Below are positions 62,417 to 64,000 of a stretch of 64,000 nt of DNA, in pieces. Origin of the DNA: Utricularia gibba (lineage: Eukaryota; Plantae; Magnoliophyta); NCBI GenBank assembly GCA_002189035.1, contig NEEC01000008.1, positions 186,001 through 250,000 of the forward strand, given 5' to 3'. Made by a program: the position numbers and the translations under genes. The notes beneath the pieces were generated by a model. It was not told the origin of the DNA and searched no databases. It saw nothing but the letters and a program-made list of their open reading frames with translations. Within the stretch, counting starts at the first letter, position 1, and every line of letters begins with the position of its first letter.

Positions 62417-63571
62417 ATGCCTACTCCCACCAAATCTTCCTGTTCCTCCTCCTCCTCCGATTCTTGCGCCATGTACACAAATGTGAGCTTTCTCTCAACA
62501 AACCCCGACATTGATCTCAACTCCACTTCGAATCAAGAGGATGAAGAAGGTTTCCGGGGAATGCATGGTGCATTGACCAAGGAGCAAACTGGTAATGCGA
62601 AGCTTTGCGCCAGAGGCCATTGGCGTCCTGCTGAAGATTCCAAGCTCAGGGAGCTTGTTGCACTTTATGGTCCTCAGAATTGGAACCTTATTGCAGACCA
62701 ATTGGAAGGGAGATCAGGTAAACATCCTTGGATCTAATGCTGCAACACCTTCTTACTAGTTCTGAATTTTGTTCGTTTGGGATGAAGGTAAAAGTTGCCG
62801 ATTGAGGTGGTTTAATCAGCTGGATCCAAGGATTAACAGGAGAGCGTTCACTGAAGAAGAAGAAGAGAAGCTGCTAGCAGCTCACAGCCTTTATGGCAAC
62901 AAATGGGCAATGATTGCGAGGCTGTTTCCTGGAAGAACAGACAATGCAGTGAAGAACCATTGGCATGTTGTGATGGCGAGGAGATACAGAGAACAATCCA
63001 GTGCGTGTAGGAGGAGAAAAATGAACCAGTTTCTTTTCAGCAGAATGGCACCTGATGATGCTGCTACACAAACAGACCAAAATATCAACGGTGGGCGAGG
63101 GGTGTTATCCAGTAGTGGCAACCGGGAAGGAGCACCTAACGCCGAAGGGTTCTGGTCACCTCATCCTTCAGTCGCGTTCTCCCCATGTGAGGCCTCTTTT
63201 CCCTTGTTAAAACTGGCTCATAAACCTTCTTTTATCTCTTAACCACTTAAGAAAATCCCATGAGGTTGCTTTTTGCAGCTTAGAATCAATATAATAACCA
63301 AAAGAAGCTGCAAAAGACTACCTCCTGAACTTGTCTGTCTTTGTAACTCATAAATGCGTTGTCTTCAGGCCACAGCACCAGTGAAGTGATGAACATTTTC
63401 AACCACAACCAATACATTCTCTATCCAGCAATCCAACCGCAACCCCGTAACTTCCCATCGGAATCGACTCCACAGCCGTGGAATGCGCCAGTGGTCAATT
63501 CATCAGCAGCGCATGAGAAAACTGCACCACCATTTATAGACTTCCTGGGAGTGGCCTCTTTAAGAAAATGA
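62417..63571 (+). CDS. LOF-like MYB: R2R3-MYB subgroup 21 (LATERAL ORGAN FUSION, MYB105/MYB117-like); exons 62417-62717, 62788-63186, 63369-63571; about 300 aa
   Basis: [66 protein letters not shown] and C-terminal PPFIDFLGV motif. Intron phases are consistent; the start codon is uncertain (62417 or a nearby ATG). Confidence 0.92.
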
Positions 63572-63776
63572 CTGGAATGATAAGCTTGAAAGTATTTTAA
63601 GTGCTTGTTTTCTACTTCACCTTCATGTGAATAAGTGTTTGCATTACGACAAAGAGGTCCGCAGTGTATTGCAAGTGGTTAAGAACCTTGTTCATTATTA
63701 CATGTAAATGATATATCATCCTACGGGAACAAAAAGCAGAAACTTGGTATCTAATCACTCATGTCTTCTAAGAAAC

Positions 63777-64000
63777 TCAGATACTCTCATGAAAGTTAAC
63801 TGACCGTGATAAAGCTGCTGGATTTGCCATAAGAACAGCCATTGCTGCACCACCATTCATGAATCTACCTCTCTTACTATTTGAATCAAGAACCTGATAA
63901 AAACCAACGAACGATCTGATCTTCTCATTCTTGATCCCCAGAGTAGACCATACAGAACTATTTGCAGTTTCAGTGGCATCATCGATCTTCATTGATGGAG
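63777..64000 (-). CDS. CDF-like: 3' end of a CYCLING DOF FACTOR (CDF)-type Dof gene, 5' part outside the window
   Basis: KIDDATETANSSVWSTLGIK and LMANPAALSRSVNFHES match the CDF C-terminal motifs (RIDDP.EAAKSSIW.TLGIK; ANPAALSRS..F.E). The Dof domain itself is not in the window. Confidence 0.85.
   Translation of the reverse strand, partial: PSMKIDDATETANSSVWSTLGIKNEKIRSFVGFYQVLDSNSKRGRFMNGGAAMAVLMANPAALSRSVNFHESI

Noticed and set aside
1-64000. CRISPR arrays, rRNA, snRNA, TAS3 and organellar insertions
   Set aside because: No repeat-spacer arrays, rRNA motifs, USE-TATA snRNA promoters, tasiARF cores or plastid/mitochondrial-like genes were seen by eye. A covariance-model scan (Infernal/Rfam) would be needed to exclude snoRNAs.

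Overview
Gene-bearing angiosperm (probably eudicot) nuclear DNA, not prokaryotic. Eight complete or near-complete protein genes: SPIRAL1-like, SNAP25-type SNARE (SNAP30-like), DHHC S-acyltransferase PAT22-like, an intronless multi-TM protein, GNOM ARF-GEF, p24delta, a MIXTA-type R2R3-MYB and a LOF/MYB105-117-type R2R3-MYB. Also the 3' end of a CDF-type Dof gene, two convergent tRNA genes (Thr-CGT, Pro-TGG) and decayed gene fragments (ACR ACT-domain exon, Myb/SANT-like ORF). Two TE nests can be dissected from termini and TSDs. (1) 12.5-25.3 kb: an old hAT split by an Athila-type Ty3 element (TSD ACTAC), which carries a solo LTR and an Ac-like hAT. (2) 43.9-58.5 kb: a Tekay-type chromovirus with a same-family copy inserted in inverted orientation in its gag, plus two Athila-related solo LTRs and a hAT-type MITE. 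I found no demonstrably new biological system. The best leads are a miR164-like split sequence with a complementary arm upstream of the boundary gene LOF, an exact ER-stress element upstream of p24delta next to GNOM, a CpG-decayed ACR pseudo-exon, the multi-kb inverted retroelement pair and the tight LOF/CDF convergence. All homology calls come from recalled motifs, not database searches.
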